Source of the DNA: Anaerolineae bacterium | Lineage (GTDB): Bacteria; Chloroflexota; Anaerolineae; B4-G1; SLSP01 | Assembly (NCBI GenBank): GCA_049975205.1 | Contig: JBNGDL010000007.1 | Span: 36,952 to 100,951, forward strand | Reading direction: 5' to 3' | Length of the DNA stretch: 64,000 bases | Shown here: positions 27,718-35,930 of the stretch, one piece after another | How positions within the stretch are numbered: the stretch's first letter is position 1 | How the letters are laid out: every line of letters begins with the position of its first letter | Position numbers and translations under genes: made by a program | Notes under the pieces: model-generated | What the model was told of the DNA's origin: nothing | The model's input: the letters and a program-made list of their open reading frames with translations, nothing else | The model's database searches: none

Positions 27718-30528
27718 ATGATTCGCTGTGAGCAGTGCGGCGCACTGAATCGCTCCGAGGCGCATTACTGCACGAAGTGCGGATCAGCGCTGGGGGCTGT
27801 GGCACCGGCTGATCCGCCCTCACTGTGTCCTCACTGCGGGGTCCCGCTGCGCCCAGAATCGCGTTTCTGCCCTGCCTGCGGTCGAACCGTCGCAGGCGTG
27901 ACGGTGGCCCAGGATGGGAGTATCCACGAGCAGAAGATCGTTGTTCGTTGGCCTGGCGGCGAGTCCGAGGAGCACGCTCTCGACAAGTCGGTGGTACACA
28001 TCGGGCGGGCACCGGACAACGACATCGTCCTCAACTTCCCCACGGTCTCGGGACACCATCTCGCACTTGACGTCACGCCAAGTGACGTGAGGGTCACGGA
28101 CCTCAACAGCACGAACGGGACGATGCTGAAAGGACGCTTGATCACACCCCGTTCTCCGCATCCTTGGAGAGAGGGCGAGACCCTGCGTGTGGGCGATGTC
28201 TGGGGTAACTCCATCAGCATTGTGCTGAAGGGCGCGGCGGCCCCGGCTCTCCATACCTATCCGCTGGGTATGCACCGCCTCGCGCAGCACGCCCGCATCC
28301 TGATTGGGCGCGATCCGGCGAGCCAGATCACGCTTGATCATCCCACGGTCTCGCGCCGCCACGCCGAGATCGTGCGACAGGAGGGCGGGCACGCCATCCG
28401 CGATCTGGGCAGCGTCAATGGCACCTTTGTGAACGGGCAGCGGGTCCTAGATGTCGTCCGGCTGCAGGAGGGCGACGTCATCCAGTTGGGACCGTACAAG
28501 ATGGTCTACGACGGGGACGCTGACCGGCTCTCGACCTCGGTGAGCCAGGGCCACCGATTGGATGCGATCGGGCTCGGCGTAGAGGTCGGTGGTGGTCGCA
28601 TGATCCTGCAGGACGTCTCGCTCTCCGTACAGGGAGGCGAGTTCGCGGCGCTGGTCGGCGGCAGCGGTGCGGGCAAGAGCACGCTCCTCAAGGCGATGAA
28701 CGGCTTCCGACCCGCGACCCACGGTCGGATGCTGATCGATGGGGAGCTGCTTTATCCAAATCTGGCGGCCTATCGGACCTTGATGGGCTATGTGCCACAG
28801 GATGACATCATCCACAAGACGCTGCCGGTGCGGAGCGCGCTGTGGTACTCGGCGCGGCTACGTCTGCCTGATGCGACGTCGGCCGAGATCGAGGAGCGGA
28901 TCGACCGTGTCCTCGAGTTGGTGGAGCTGACAGCGCACCAGCACAAGCCGGTTCGGGTGCTGAGCGGCGGGCAACGCAAGCGCGTCAGCATCGCGGTGGA
29001 GCTCCTGGCAGATCCCGATCTCCTCTTCCTGGACGAGCCGACCTCCGGATTGGATCCCGGGCTCGAGAAGAAGATGATGTACGATCTCAACCGGCTGGCC
29101 GATCAAGGACGGACGGTGGTGCTGGTCACGCACGCCACCGCGAACATCGAGCAATGCGATCACGTCGGCTTCTTGGAGCGAGGGAACCTCGCCTACTACG
29201 GCCCTCCCAATGAGGCTATCGCCTTCTTCAAGGCAAGAGACTTTGCTGATATCTACCTGAAGCTGTCAGAACCGGTCGACGGTTTCAGAGGAGCTCTTCC
29301 CTCGGAACTGAGGCCCTATTGGGACGCGATTCAGGCGCGACTACCCGAGGAGGCAAGAGGTCAATCGCCTGGGGTCTGTACTGCAGGGCTTCTCTGGGCG
29401 CAACACTACCGCGCAAGCGACCTTCACCAACGTTACGTCGTGAACAGGCAGGCGCGCTTGGACGCAGCTCGGCCTGGGATGGAAGCGGCGCCTGCGCGCC
29501 GCAAGCGGACTCGAGACTCGGTTCTGCGTCAGCTTGTTGTGCTTGTCCGGCGCCAGTTCGATCTGATCCGTCACGACCTGCGCACGCTGTTCATCCTGCT
29601 TTTGATGATGCCGCTCATTGCCGTTTTGTTTATGCTGGTAAGTGACAAGACGGCGTTCGTCGGGGGCGCGGCGACGGAGGCAAGTCTCAAACAGGAGCTT
29701 CTGCAGGCCCTCAATGTGACTCGGGAGGATGATCTGTCCTCCGTGGTGCTCGACGGGGAGGATCTGGAGCGATCTGCCGACTACATGCCCTACGCCGATG
29801 CGAAGACGCTGGTCACCATGCTCGGGCTTGCCTTGACGCAGGCGGGCACCTTCGGGGCCGCCTATGAGATAGTAAAAGAACGCCCGATCTTCCGTCGCGA
29901 ACGGTCCGTCAACCTCCGGGTGGGGGCGTACGTATTGTCCAAGGCTTTGGTGCTCGGCGTCTTTGCGGTCATCCAGGTAGCCAGCGTGCTCGGTGTGCTG
30001 GCGCTGAAGCTGGATCTGGGCATCGATCCTATTCTGGATATCTTTGCCTTCGGCGCCGCGGAGCTCTTCGTGACACTGCTTATCGCGGTTGTCGCCAGCA
30101 TTATGTTCGGCTTGTTCATCTCGGCCGTTGTGCCTAGCCAGGACGTGGTGCTCTACATCATCCTGATCCAGCTCTTTACCCAGATTATCCTCTCGGGCAC
30201 ACTCTTCCCACTGGGGGACAATCCGGCGTCCAAGCTCGTGCCGTCTTACTGGACGATGGATGCGATGGGTGCTACCGTGGACCTGCGGAAGTTGAACGAC
30301 GAGGGCCGGGTCTGCAAGATATGGGAACAGAAGGATGTTCCCACGGCGGAGGGCACGCGGATGACGCAACGGGGGATCGTGTGCGAGACGGCGGCGATCA
30401 AGAACCTAGACCTGCCCTGGAAGCACGACGCGGAGCATCTCTTGACAGCGTGGGGCGCCCTCGGTGCACAGGCCCTGGTTTGGATGGCTGCTACCATGGT
30501 GGTGCAATCGAGAGTCAAAGGCGACTAG
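27718..30528 (+). CDS. ZnR-ZnR-FHA-FHA-ABC ATPase-ABC2 permease fusion (Rv1747-like FHA-regulated ABC exporter)
   Basis: 936 aa. Zn ribbons CEQCGALNRSEAHYCTKCG and CPHCGVPLRPESRFCPACG. FHA1 is VVHIGRAPDNDIVLNFPTVSGHHLAL...NSTNGT. FHA2 is ILIGRDPASQITLDHPTVSRRHAEI...GSVNGT. Walker A GGSGAGKST, signature LSGGQRKR, Walker B LLFLDEPTSGLD. Multi-TM ABC-2-type C-terminal half. Confidence 0.85.
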   Translation: MIRCEQCGALNRSEAHYCTKCGSALGAVAPADPPSLCPHCGVPLRPESRFCPACGRTVAGVTVAQDGSIHEQKIVVRWPGGESEEHALDKSVVHIGRAPDNDIVLNFPTVSGHHLALDVTPSDVRVTDLNSTNGTMLKGRLITPRSPHPWREGETLRVGDVWGNSISIVLKGAAAPALHTYPLGMHRLAQHARILIGRDPASQITLDHPTVSRRHAEIVRQEGGHAIRDLGSVNGTFVNGQRVLDVVRLQEGDVIQLGPYKMVYDGDADRLSTSVSQGHRLDAIGLGVEVGGGRMILQDVSLSVQGGEFAALVGGSGAGKSTLLKAMNGFRPATHGRMLIDGELLYPNLAAYRTLMGYVPQDDIIHKTLPVRSALWYSARLRLPDATSAEIEERIDRVLELVELTAHQHKPVRVLSGGQRKRVSIAVELLADPDLLFLDEPTSGLDPGLEKKMMYDLNRLADQGRTVVLVTHATANIEQCDHVGFLERGNLAYYGPPNEAIAFFKARDFADIYLKLSEPVDGFRGALPSELRPYWDAIQARLPEEARGQSPGVCTAGLLWAQHYRASDLHQRYVVNRQARLDAARPGMEAAPARRKRTRDSVLRQLVVLVRRQFDLIRHDLRTLFILLLMMPLIAVLFMLVSDKTAFVGGAATEASLKQELLQALNVTREDDLSSVVLDGEDLERSADYMPYADAKTLVTMLGLALTQAGTFGAAYEIVKERPIFRRERSVNLRVGAYVLSKALVLGVFAVIQVASVLGVLALKLDLGIDPILDIFAFGAAELFVTLLIAVVASIMFGLFISAVVPSQDVVLYIILIQLFTQIILSGTLFPLGDNPASKLVPSYWTMDAMGATVDLRKLNDEGRVCKIWEQKDVPTAEGTRMTQRGIVCETAAIKNLDLPWKHDAEHLLTAWGALGAQALVWMAATMVVQSRVKGD

Positions 30529-30553
30529 GGACAGACGCAACGGGAGAAATCGG

Positions 30554-31189
30554 ATGATGCGACGTCGATGGGCGTGGAGTGTCGCACTGATCAGTGTGCT
30601 GTTGTCCACGGGGTGCGAGGCCGAACCTGTGACCCCCGCGACGCCCCGTCCCACGCTAACGGCAACGCCAACGGCGACAGAAAGGGCAACGGTCACCCCG
30701 ACACCTTCGCCGACAGCGGTGCCTACAGTGACGCCTGCGCCCCGGGCGACCTCGACGGCAAAGCCGACATCCACTGCCACGGCGACGTCAACGCCCCGAC
30801 CGAGGGCGCCCTCGCCGGAGTCCTTGGCCACGCAGTATCCTCAGCTTGCCCCAATCTTGAACAATACAGAGGTGAGCACGGTCTACAAGGAGCTCGCTGT
30901 GGCCTGGGAGGCGCAAGGACAGCAAGGCGTGCTCGCCGTGGCGCGGGACCGGGGCCTCTTGACGCCTGAGGGGGACATTCGTGCGACGCTTGTACTGGAC
31001 ACGGAGGATTCAACAGCTACGGTTGCGCGGTTGCAGTCATTGGGGATAGAGGTGCTGGGGACCCAGGGCGAGCGGGTCCAGATCGCCATACCCCAGGGCC
31101 TCCTGATGGCGGGTGCGAATGACCCCGGTAGCGCCCTGAATCAGCTGAGCGGCCTGGAGCACGTCGTAGGTGTCGAACCGCCGGGCTGA
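30554..31189 (+). CDS. Lipoprotein with Thr/Pro-rich linker and a domain paralogous to the pro-like N-domain of the downstream S8 protease
   Basis: ATG at 30554 (MMRRRWAWSVALISVLLSTGC, lipobox-like STGC); the ORF extends to 30464 but that would overlap the ABC gene. The C-terminal 120 aa align with residues of about 60-185 of the 31615-33969 product (YPQLA, TVYKE, RGLLTP.G, TLVLDT, G.EV, QL..L.HV). Confidence 0.65.
   Translation: MMRRRWAWSVALISVLLSTGCEAEPVTPATPRPTLTATPTATERATVTPTPSPTAVPTVTPAPRATSTAKPTSTATATSTPRPRAPSPESLATQYPQLAPILNNTEVSTVYKELAVAWEAQGQQGVLAVARDRGLLTPEGDIRATLVLDTEDSTATVARLQSLGIEVLGTQGERVQIAIPQGLLMAGANDPGSALNQLSGLEHVVGVEPPG
30629..30815 (+). repeat. Low-complexity Thr/Pro/Ala-rich linker-coding tract (lipoprotein)
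   Basis: Encodes TPATPRPTLTATPTATERATVTPTPSPTAVPTVTPAPRATSTAKPTSTATATSTPRPRAPSP. The ACG/CCG/GCG-rich nucleotide repeats also generate a spurious G/V/A-rich antisense ORF. Confidence 0.6.
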
Positions 31190-31209
31190 GCTGTGCTGAG
31201 GAGGAGGCG

Positions 31210-31305
31210 ATGACGCTGGCACCGGGAACGCTCCTGCAGCAACGCTACCGCATCATGTCGTTGTTGGGGGTGATCCCGAGTTCTCTTGTCCCGATATCGC
31301 TCTGA
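31210..31305 (+). pseudogene. 31-codon stub of a Ser/Thr kinase N-terminus (truncated before the glycine-rich loop)
   Basis: Strong RBS GAGGAGG at 31201-31207, then ATG. MTLAPGTLLQQRYRIMSLLG matches the start of the intact kinase (MLQPNTQLQNRYLIRRRIG). The frame then diverges (VIPSSLVPISL) and stops at 31303-31305. No kinase core follows in any frame. Confidence 0.5.
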
Positions 31306-31614
31306 GCCAGTCCCCCCCGACGCCGGTCAGCGGATTCGGGAAGATATGGTGCACAGAATCGAATTCCGTCAGGGCCTGGGGGACGCAACCGAGGTCGAAC
31401 ACGGCTTTGGGGCGACTCTCCAGATCTTTGAGCAAGGGGCCGTGTTTCGTACGGACACCGGCACGACCTACGTTCTTCGCGACAACGGTACCCGGATAAG
31501 TCGGCAATGTCAGGGCTCGGTCTGGACCAGGTTGCAGCGGTATTGGGCTTGGTGGGAAGTGGTTGTTCTTTTCATCTGAGTATTGAGGGTTGTGCATAGC
31601 CAGAGGCTGAAGAT

Positions 31615-33969
31615 ATGCGTGGACAACGACGACGGCTGATTAGGACATTGTTGGTCAGTGGCGGGATTCTATTGGTTCTTGGCATCCTTGTAGGGGTCGC
31701 GCTGCTCACGAATGCGTTTTCGTGGTCTTCCGAGCGGACGCGCCGGGAGCTTCTGGCCGATGGCCCTGGAATCGAGCTGACACCGCCGATAGCGATCGAC
31801 GACCTCGCGGAGGCTTATCCTCAACTGGCTTCCGTGCTGAGTGACCCGGAACTGGCGACGGTGTACAAGGAGTTCGTGGTGGCGTATCAGGAGGGCGGGG
31901 TCGAGGCTGCTTCCGAGCTGGCGAAGAGCCGGGGCTTACTCACCCCCGATGGGCAGCATCTGCGCGTGACGCTTGTCCTCGACACTGACGCGCCACAGCC
32001 GCTCGTTGATCAGTTGGAAGGTGTTGGTGTGGAGGTGGTCAGTGCATTTCGTGATCGTGTCAATATCGCCGTGCCGGTCGCCCTGATCGAGCAGGCGATG
32101 CAATCGGAGGATGTCGATAGCGTCTTCCAGCAACTCACCGAGCTTCAGCACGTGATCGCAGTGCGTTTGCCAGGTCAACGGCAGTCCGACCAGCAGACGG
32201 AGCAGGGCGAGGGGGTCCGCGCGGTTGGCGCGGAAGTTTGGCACCAGGCAGGTTTCACCGGTGCTGGGCTGCGGGTCGGCATACTCGATTTGGGTTTTGC
32301 AGGGTACCGACGCCTCCTGGGGCGTGAGCTTCCTGACAATGTCGAGGTGGAGACTTTCGGATGGATTGACGACAAGGAGGTCCACGGGACTGCCTGTGCC
32401 GAGATTGTGCACGAGCTCGCGCCCGATGCGACCCTATATCTCGCCTGGTATGATGGCAGTGATGCCGCAATGGGGGAGGCTGTCGCATGGCTGCGAGGTC
32501 ATGAAGTCGACATCATCAGCCATTCAGCCGGGAGCGTGCTCAGCCCGCGAGATGGCACGGGTTGGGACGCAGAGTTGGTTGATGAAACTGCCGCGACGGG
32601 TGTGCTTTGGGTAAACTCTGCGGGCAATGAAGCAGATGTCCATCACCGGGCGACCTTCATCGATCAGGACGGTGATGGCTATCATGATTTTGAACTCGAC
32701 ACGTCGCTCCTTCCAATCTACAACGAGGGGGATCTGCGCGTCTTTCTTGTCTGGCACGAAGATTGGGAACGGCCCACCGAGGATCTTGAGCTGTTTGTTT
32801 TCGATGCCGACGGCAACGTGCTGGCCTCCTCTGAAGATCTGCAGGATGGGGGCTTGGGACAGCAACCCGCCGAATGGGTGGTTATGCAGTCCTCGGCGTC
32901 GGTGGTCTATGCTGCCGTCTACGCCTATGATGTCGATCGCGCGATGGGCTTTGATCTTTTTGCGATCGGTCCCGGGGTCGAGATCAAGGACCCGGTCCCG
33001 GCCTATAGCGTAAACTCCCCTGGTGACGCCGTTGGGGCTTTGACCGTCGGGGCAGTGGACTGGGAGGATGACCGCCTCGCCCGCTACAGCTCTCAGGGGC
33101 CGACTACTGACGAGCGCCTGAAGCCCGAGATCTCGGGTCCGACGAGGATTTCGGGCATTACCTATGGGGCCCACGGCTTTGATGGAACGTCGGCGTCGGC
33201 GCCGCACGTGGCCGGTGTGGCTGCACTGGTGTGGCAAGCTTACCCGAGCTACACGCGACAGGAGCTGACCGATCTGCTTCTGACGTCGGCCAAGGATCTG
33301 GGACCGGCCGGGCCTGACACCGGTTACGGGTTTGGACGCCTGCAGCTGCCCCCGCCGCCCAATGCTGCGGCGGTCATCGCCAGCCCCGAAGCGCCCGCCG
33401 ACGAAGCCACTGAGACGCCGACCACAGACGTCACGCCAACGCCGGTCGCCTTTGCATTACCTGCTCCTGAGAATGACACGGATGACCGGCGGCAGAGGCC
33501 TCTCGTCTTAGTGGGGCTTCTCGTGGGAGGCCTGAGCATTGGGGGCACGGGGCTCCTTGCCATCGGCGGCTACCTTCTTCTGAGCGAACTAAGGACCCGG
33601 TCGACGCCATCATCAGAGCCGCCGAGGCCTGCTCCGCCTTTGGCAGTGGCGCCGGCGCGGCCGATGCGGCCTTCAGAGAGGCCCGCCGAGGGGCCCTCGC
33701 TGCCATCCACAGAGCGATGGGAGACAGACCAGGGCGACTTGAGGACGCCGGATGCTCATTCTGCCAAGCGGCCGACATCCAAGTCAGAATCTGAGACACA
33801 CTGTCCTTCCTGCGGGGCTCCGTTGCGATCGGGGGCTCGGTTCTGCCCCGGGTGTGGCACGCGTCTGGCGATCGCTTCGAATCCGGCTTTCTGCCGTCAC
33901 TGTGGTGCCGCGTTGCGAGAGGACAGCCGGTTCTGCCCGAAGTGCGGCCTGCCGGTCGATCGGCGCTGA
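31615..33969 (+). CDS. Membrane-anchored subtilisin-like (S8) serine protease with N-terminal pro-like domain, second TM and cytoplasmic double zinc-ribbon tail
   Basis: 784 aa. N-terminal TM (LLVSGGILLVLGILVGVALL). Catalytic triad contexts VGILDLGF (Asp), HGTACAEIV (His), GTSASAPHVAG (Ser), with oxyanion NSAGNE. TM2 is LVLVGLLVGGLSIGGTGLLAIGGYLLL. Tail motifs CPSCGAPLRSGARFCPGCG and CRHCGAALREDSRFCPKCG. Confidence 0.85.
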   Translation: MRGQRRRLIRTLLVSGGILLVLGILVGVALLTNAFSWSSERTRRELLADGPGIELTPPIAIDDLAEAYPQLASVLSDPELATVYKEFVVAYQEGGVEAASELAKSRGLLTPDGQHLRVTLVLDTDAPQPLVDQLEGVGVEVVSAFRDRVNIAVPVALIEQAMQSEDVDSVFQQLTELQHVIAVRLPGQRQSDQQTEQGEGVRAVGAEVWHQAGFTGAGLRVGILDLGFAGYRRLLGRELPDNVEVETFGWIDDKEVHGTACAEIVHELAPDATLYLAWYDGSDAAMGEAVAWLRGHEVDIISHSAGSVLSPRDGTGWDAELVDETAATGVLWVNSAGNEADVHHRATFIDQDGDGYHDFELDTSLLPIYNEGDLRVFLVWHEDWERPTEDLELFVFDADGNVLASSEDLQDGGLGQQPAEWVVMQSSASVVYAAVYAYDVDRAMGFDLFAIGPGVEIKDPVPAYSVNSPGDAVGALTVGAVDWEDDRLARYSSQGPTTDERLKPEISGPTRISGITYGAHGFDGTSASAPHVAGVAALVWQAYPSYTRQELTDLLLTSAKDLGPAGPDTGYGFGRLQLPPPPNAAAVIASPEAPADEATETPTTDVTPTPVAFALPAPENDTDDRRQRPLVLVGLLVGGLSIGGTGLLAIGGYLLLSELRTRSTPSSEPPRPAPPLAVAPARPMRPSERPAEGPSLPSTERWETDQGDLRTPDAHSAKRPTSKSESETHCPSCGAPLRSGARFCPGCGTRLAIASNPAFCRHCGAALREDSRFCPKCGLPVDRR

Positions 33970-34011
33970 TGTGATCCTCAGGGAGTCTTCGGGACGGTAA
34001 GCCTGAAGGAT

Positions 34012-34040
34012 TTGTGCTTTGCTGAGATCGATACTATCGT
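34012..34040 (+). promoter_or_regulatory. Candidate internal promoter upstream of the second pseudokinase-PP2C gene
   Basis: TTGTGC (34012-34017), 17 bp, TATCGT (34035-34040), in a locally GC-poorer 170-bp gap. Confidence 0.25.
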
Positions 34041-34138
34041 AGGTGGGTAACATGGTCTGCAAGGGGGATCCTTGGAACAGGTAACGGGCAACGGGTTCTT
34101 CGTTTCGCTTTCTCAGCGCAACCTTACATATCCCTTTT

Positions 34139-35887
34139 TTGGTGCTCTTGGGGCTCTTGTTTGTCTTGACCACCGTCGTCTTGGCAAGGCGACTTCGCAG
34201 ACGACGTGTCTCTTCGAAGACGACGCCGGAGGCAACCTCTGCAGCCGCGACACGCCAGGGTGGGGGGACCAAGCAGCTAGCGGGGACGCCTGAAGCGTCG
34301 CATCCCGATCTAAGCGGCGGCTTTTCAGCACTGGCTGAAGGTACTGTGCTTAACAACCGCTACGTGATACGTGAGGTCCGTGGATCAAGCGGCAGCCACG
34401 CGGTCTACCTGGCTGAGGATCTCTACCCGGTCAAGATGTGTCCGGCATGCCGTGGCGTGGCATCAGACGCGGATGAGATTCGGTGCACATATTGTGGGGC
34501 CGATCTGTCCGAGATCTCCCCAGCTCAGCTCAGGTATCTCGTGCAGGAGCGGGACGATCCTGCGGCGTTCAGCTCTGAAGGCCAGTTACTCCAGCTTGAC
34601 CTGAGGCATCCGGGCCTGTTGCTGCCGGTTGCGGTCTTCGTGGAAGCTCCTCACGGTCCCAAGCGGGCTTATCGTGTTATGCCCGAGTTCTCCCCGCCGC
34701 TTGTGAAGACCGTGCCCGGTCCACGTGACTTGGCCCAGACGCTCTCGTGGGGTGTCTCGTTGGCGAAGGCTCTCGCTTATCTGCATCAGCACGATGTTGC
34801 CCTTGGTTCTGTGGATATCGACCACGTCTCGGTTGATGGCGACAGAGCATGGTGGTCGGGGCTGACCCGCGTCACGATCTTGTCCGCTGAGGAGCGTGCC
34901 TCTATCCGTGAGGCGCACGCCGTCGATGTGCAGAAGCTGGCGACCTTGTTGGTACAGCTGGGGACAGGAAGGGCTAACGCGGCTCTGCCCGAGAGCTGGC
35001 CTGATGCTCTGAACCAGTTGATCACCAAGGCACACCGTGAGCCTGCGAAGGTGAGCGCTGCGGAGTTTGCTGTTATGCTGGAGCACCTGTTGGAACAAGT
35101 GCGGGAGCCTAAGCGCGTGACGCTGGTGGTCGGGCAGTGCACGGATGTGGGTTCCATTCGCTCTGTCAATGAGGATACTCTTCTCTCGGTCGACCTCGGG
35201 GCGATCCATCGCCTGCGAGATCAGGCGGCGGGGCTTTTTCTCGTCGCCGATGGTATGGGTGGGCACGACGCAGGGGATGTGGCCAGCCAGTTGACGGCTC
35301 GGACAATTGGGGAGCTGACAACAGAGGAAGGGACCCGCCCCATTTCCTCCCGTCAGCTGTTCTCCGACCCGGCAGGGTGGCTGTTGACTGCGGTCCGGCA
35401 GGCCAACCAGGCGGTATATGAGGAGCGGATGGCTGCGAAATCTGACATGGGCACGACGCTCGTCGCGGCGCTCGTGATGGGTGCGCGGGCGACAATTGCT
35501 AACGTGGGAGACAGCCGCTGTTATCTGCTCAGCAACCGTGGCATCACCCAGGTCACGGTGGACCACTCGCTGGTGGAGCGGCTGGTGGCGACTGGTCAGA
35601 TCACGCGTGAGGAGGCGGCTGTGCATCCTCAGCGTCACGTCATCTACCGCGTGATCGGCGATAGGCCGGAGGTGGAGATCGATCTCTTCGAGCAACCGAT
35701 GCAGGTCGACGAAGCGTTGTTGCTCTGCTCCGACGGGTTGAGCGGCATGGTGTCTGACGAGACGATCTGGCGGATCTGGATGGCTGCAGCCTCTCCCCAA
35801 GATGCTTGCATCCGCTTGGTCGCGGCTGCGAATAGGGCCGGCGGCGAGGATAACATCACCGCCGTGATCGTTCAAGTGCGGACCTGA
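34139..35887 (+). CDS. Zinc-ribbon pseudokinase fused to PP2C phosphatase (paralog of 22645-24243), possible N-terminal membrane anchor
   Basis: 582 aa from a TTG at 34139; alternative starts are GTG 34142 and GTG 34346. Kinase-like LNNRYVIREV..AVYLAED, insert MCPACRG...RCTYCG, alphaC-like EGQLLQLDLRHPGL. The catalytic loop is replaced by ALGSVDIDHV and there is no DFG. The PP2C is intact: SIRSVNEDTLL, ADGMGGHDAGDVAS, VGDSRCYLL, CSDGLSGMV, GGEDNITAVIV. Confidence 0.75.
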   Translation: MVLLGLLFVLTTVVLARRLRRRRVSSKTTPEATSAAATRQGGGTKQLAGTPEASHPDLSGGFSALAEGTVLNNRYVIREVRGSSGSHAVYLAEDLYPVKMCPACRGVASDADEIRCTYCGADLSEISPAQLRYLVQERDDPAAFSSEGQLLQLDLRHPGLLLPVAVFVEAPHGPKRAYRVMPEFSPPLVKTVPGPRDLAQTLSWGVSLAKALAYLHQHDVALGSVDIDHVSVDGDRAWWSGLTRVTILSAEERASIREAHAVDVQKLATLLVQLGTGRANAALPESWPDALNQLITKAHREPAKVSAAEFAVMLEHLLEQVREPKRVTLVVGQCTDVGSIRSVNEDTLLSVDLGAIHRLRDQAAGLFLVADGMGGHDAGDVASQLTARTIGELTTEEGTRPISSRQLFSDPAGWLLTAVRQANQAVYEERMAAKSDMGTTLVAALVMGARATIANVGDSRCYLLSNRGITQVTVDHSLVERLVATGQITREEAAVHPQRHVIYRVIGDRPEVEIDLFEQPMQVDEALLLCSDGLSGMVSDETIWRIWMAAASPQDACIRLVAAANRAGGEDNITAVIVQVRT

Positions 35888-35930
35888 CCGCCGGTGCTGA
35901 ATCAAGACAGAAGACATGGAGGCAGTTGAG

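Noticed and set aside
30406-30831. 141-aa Gly/Val/Ala-rich minus-strand ORF and apparent nucleotide periodicity, checked as a possible repeat array or CRISPR-like structure.
   Set aside because: It is the reverse complement of the Thr/Pro-rich linker-coding tract of the lipoprotein gene. There is no repeat-spacer organisation.
31253-31597. 114-aa minus-strand ORF in the gap after the kinase stub, considered as a possible transposase or IS fragment explaining the truncation.
   Set aside because: I could find no DDE/HTH or other transposase motif, no terminal inverted repeats or target duplications, and no RBS. It is kept only as part of the unassigned region in the kinase-stub finding.
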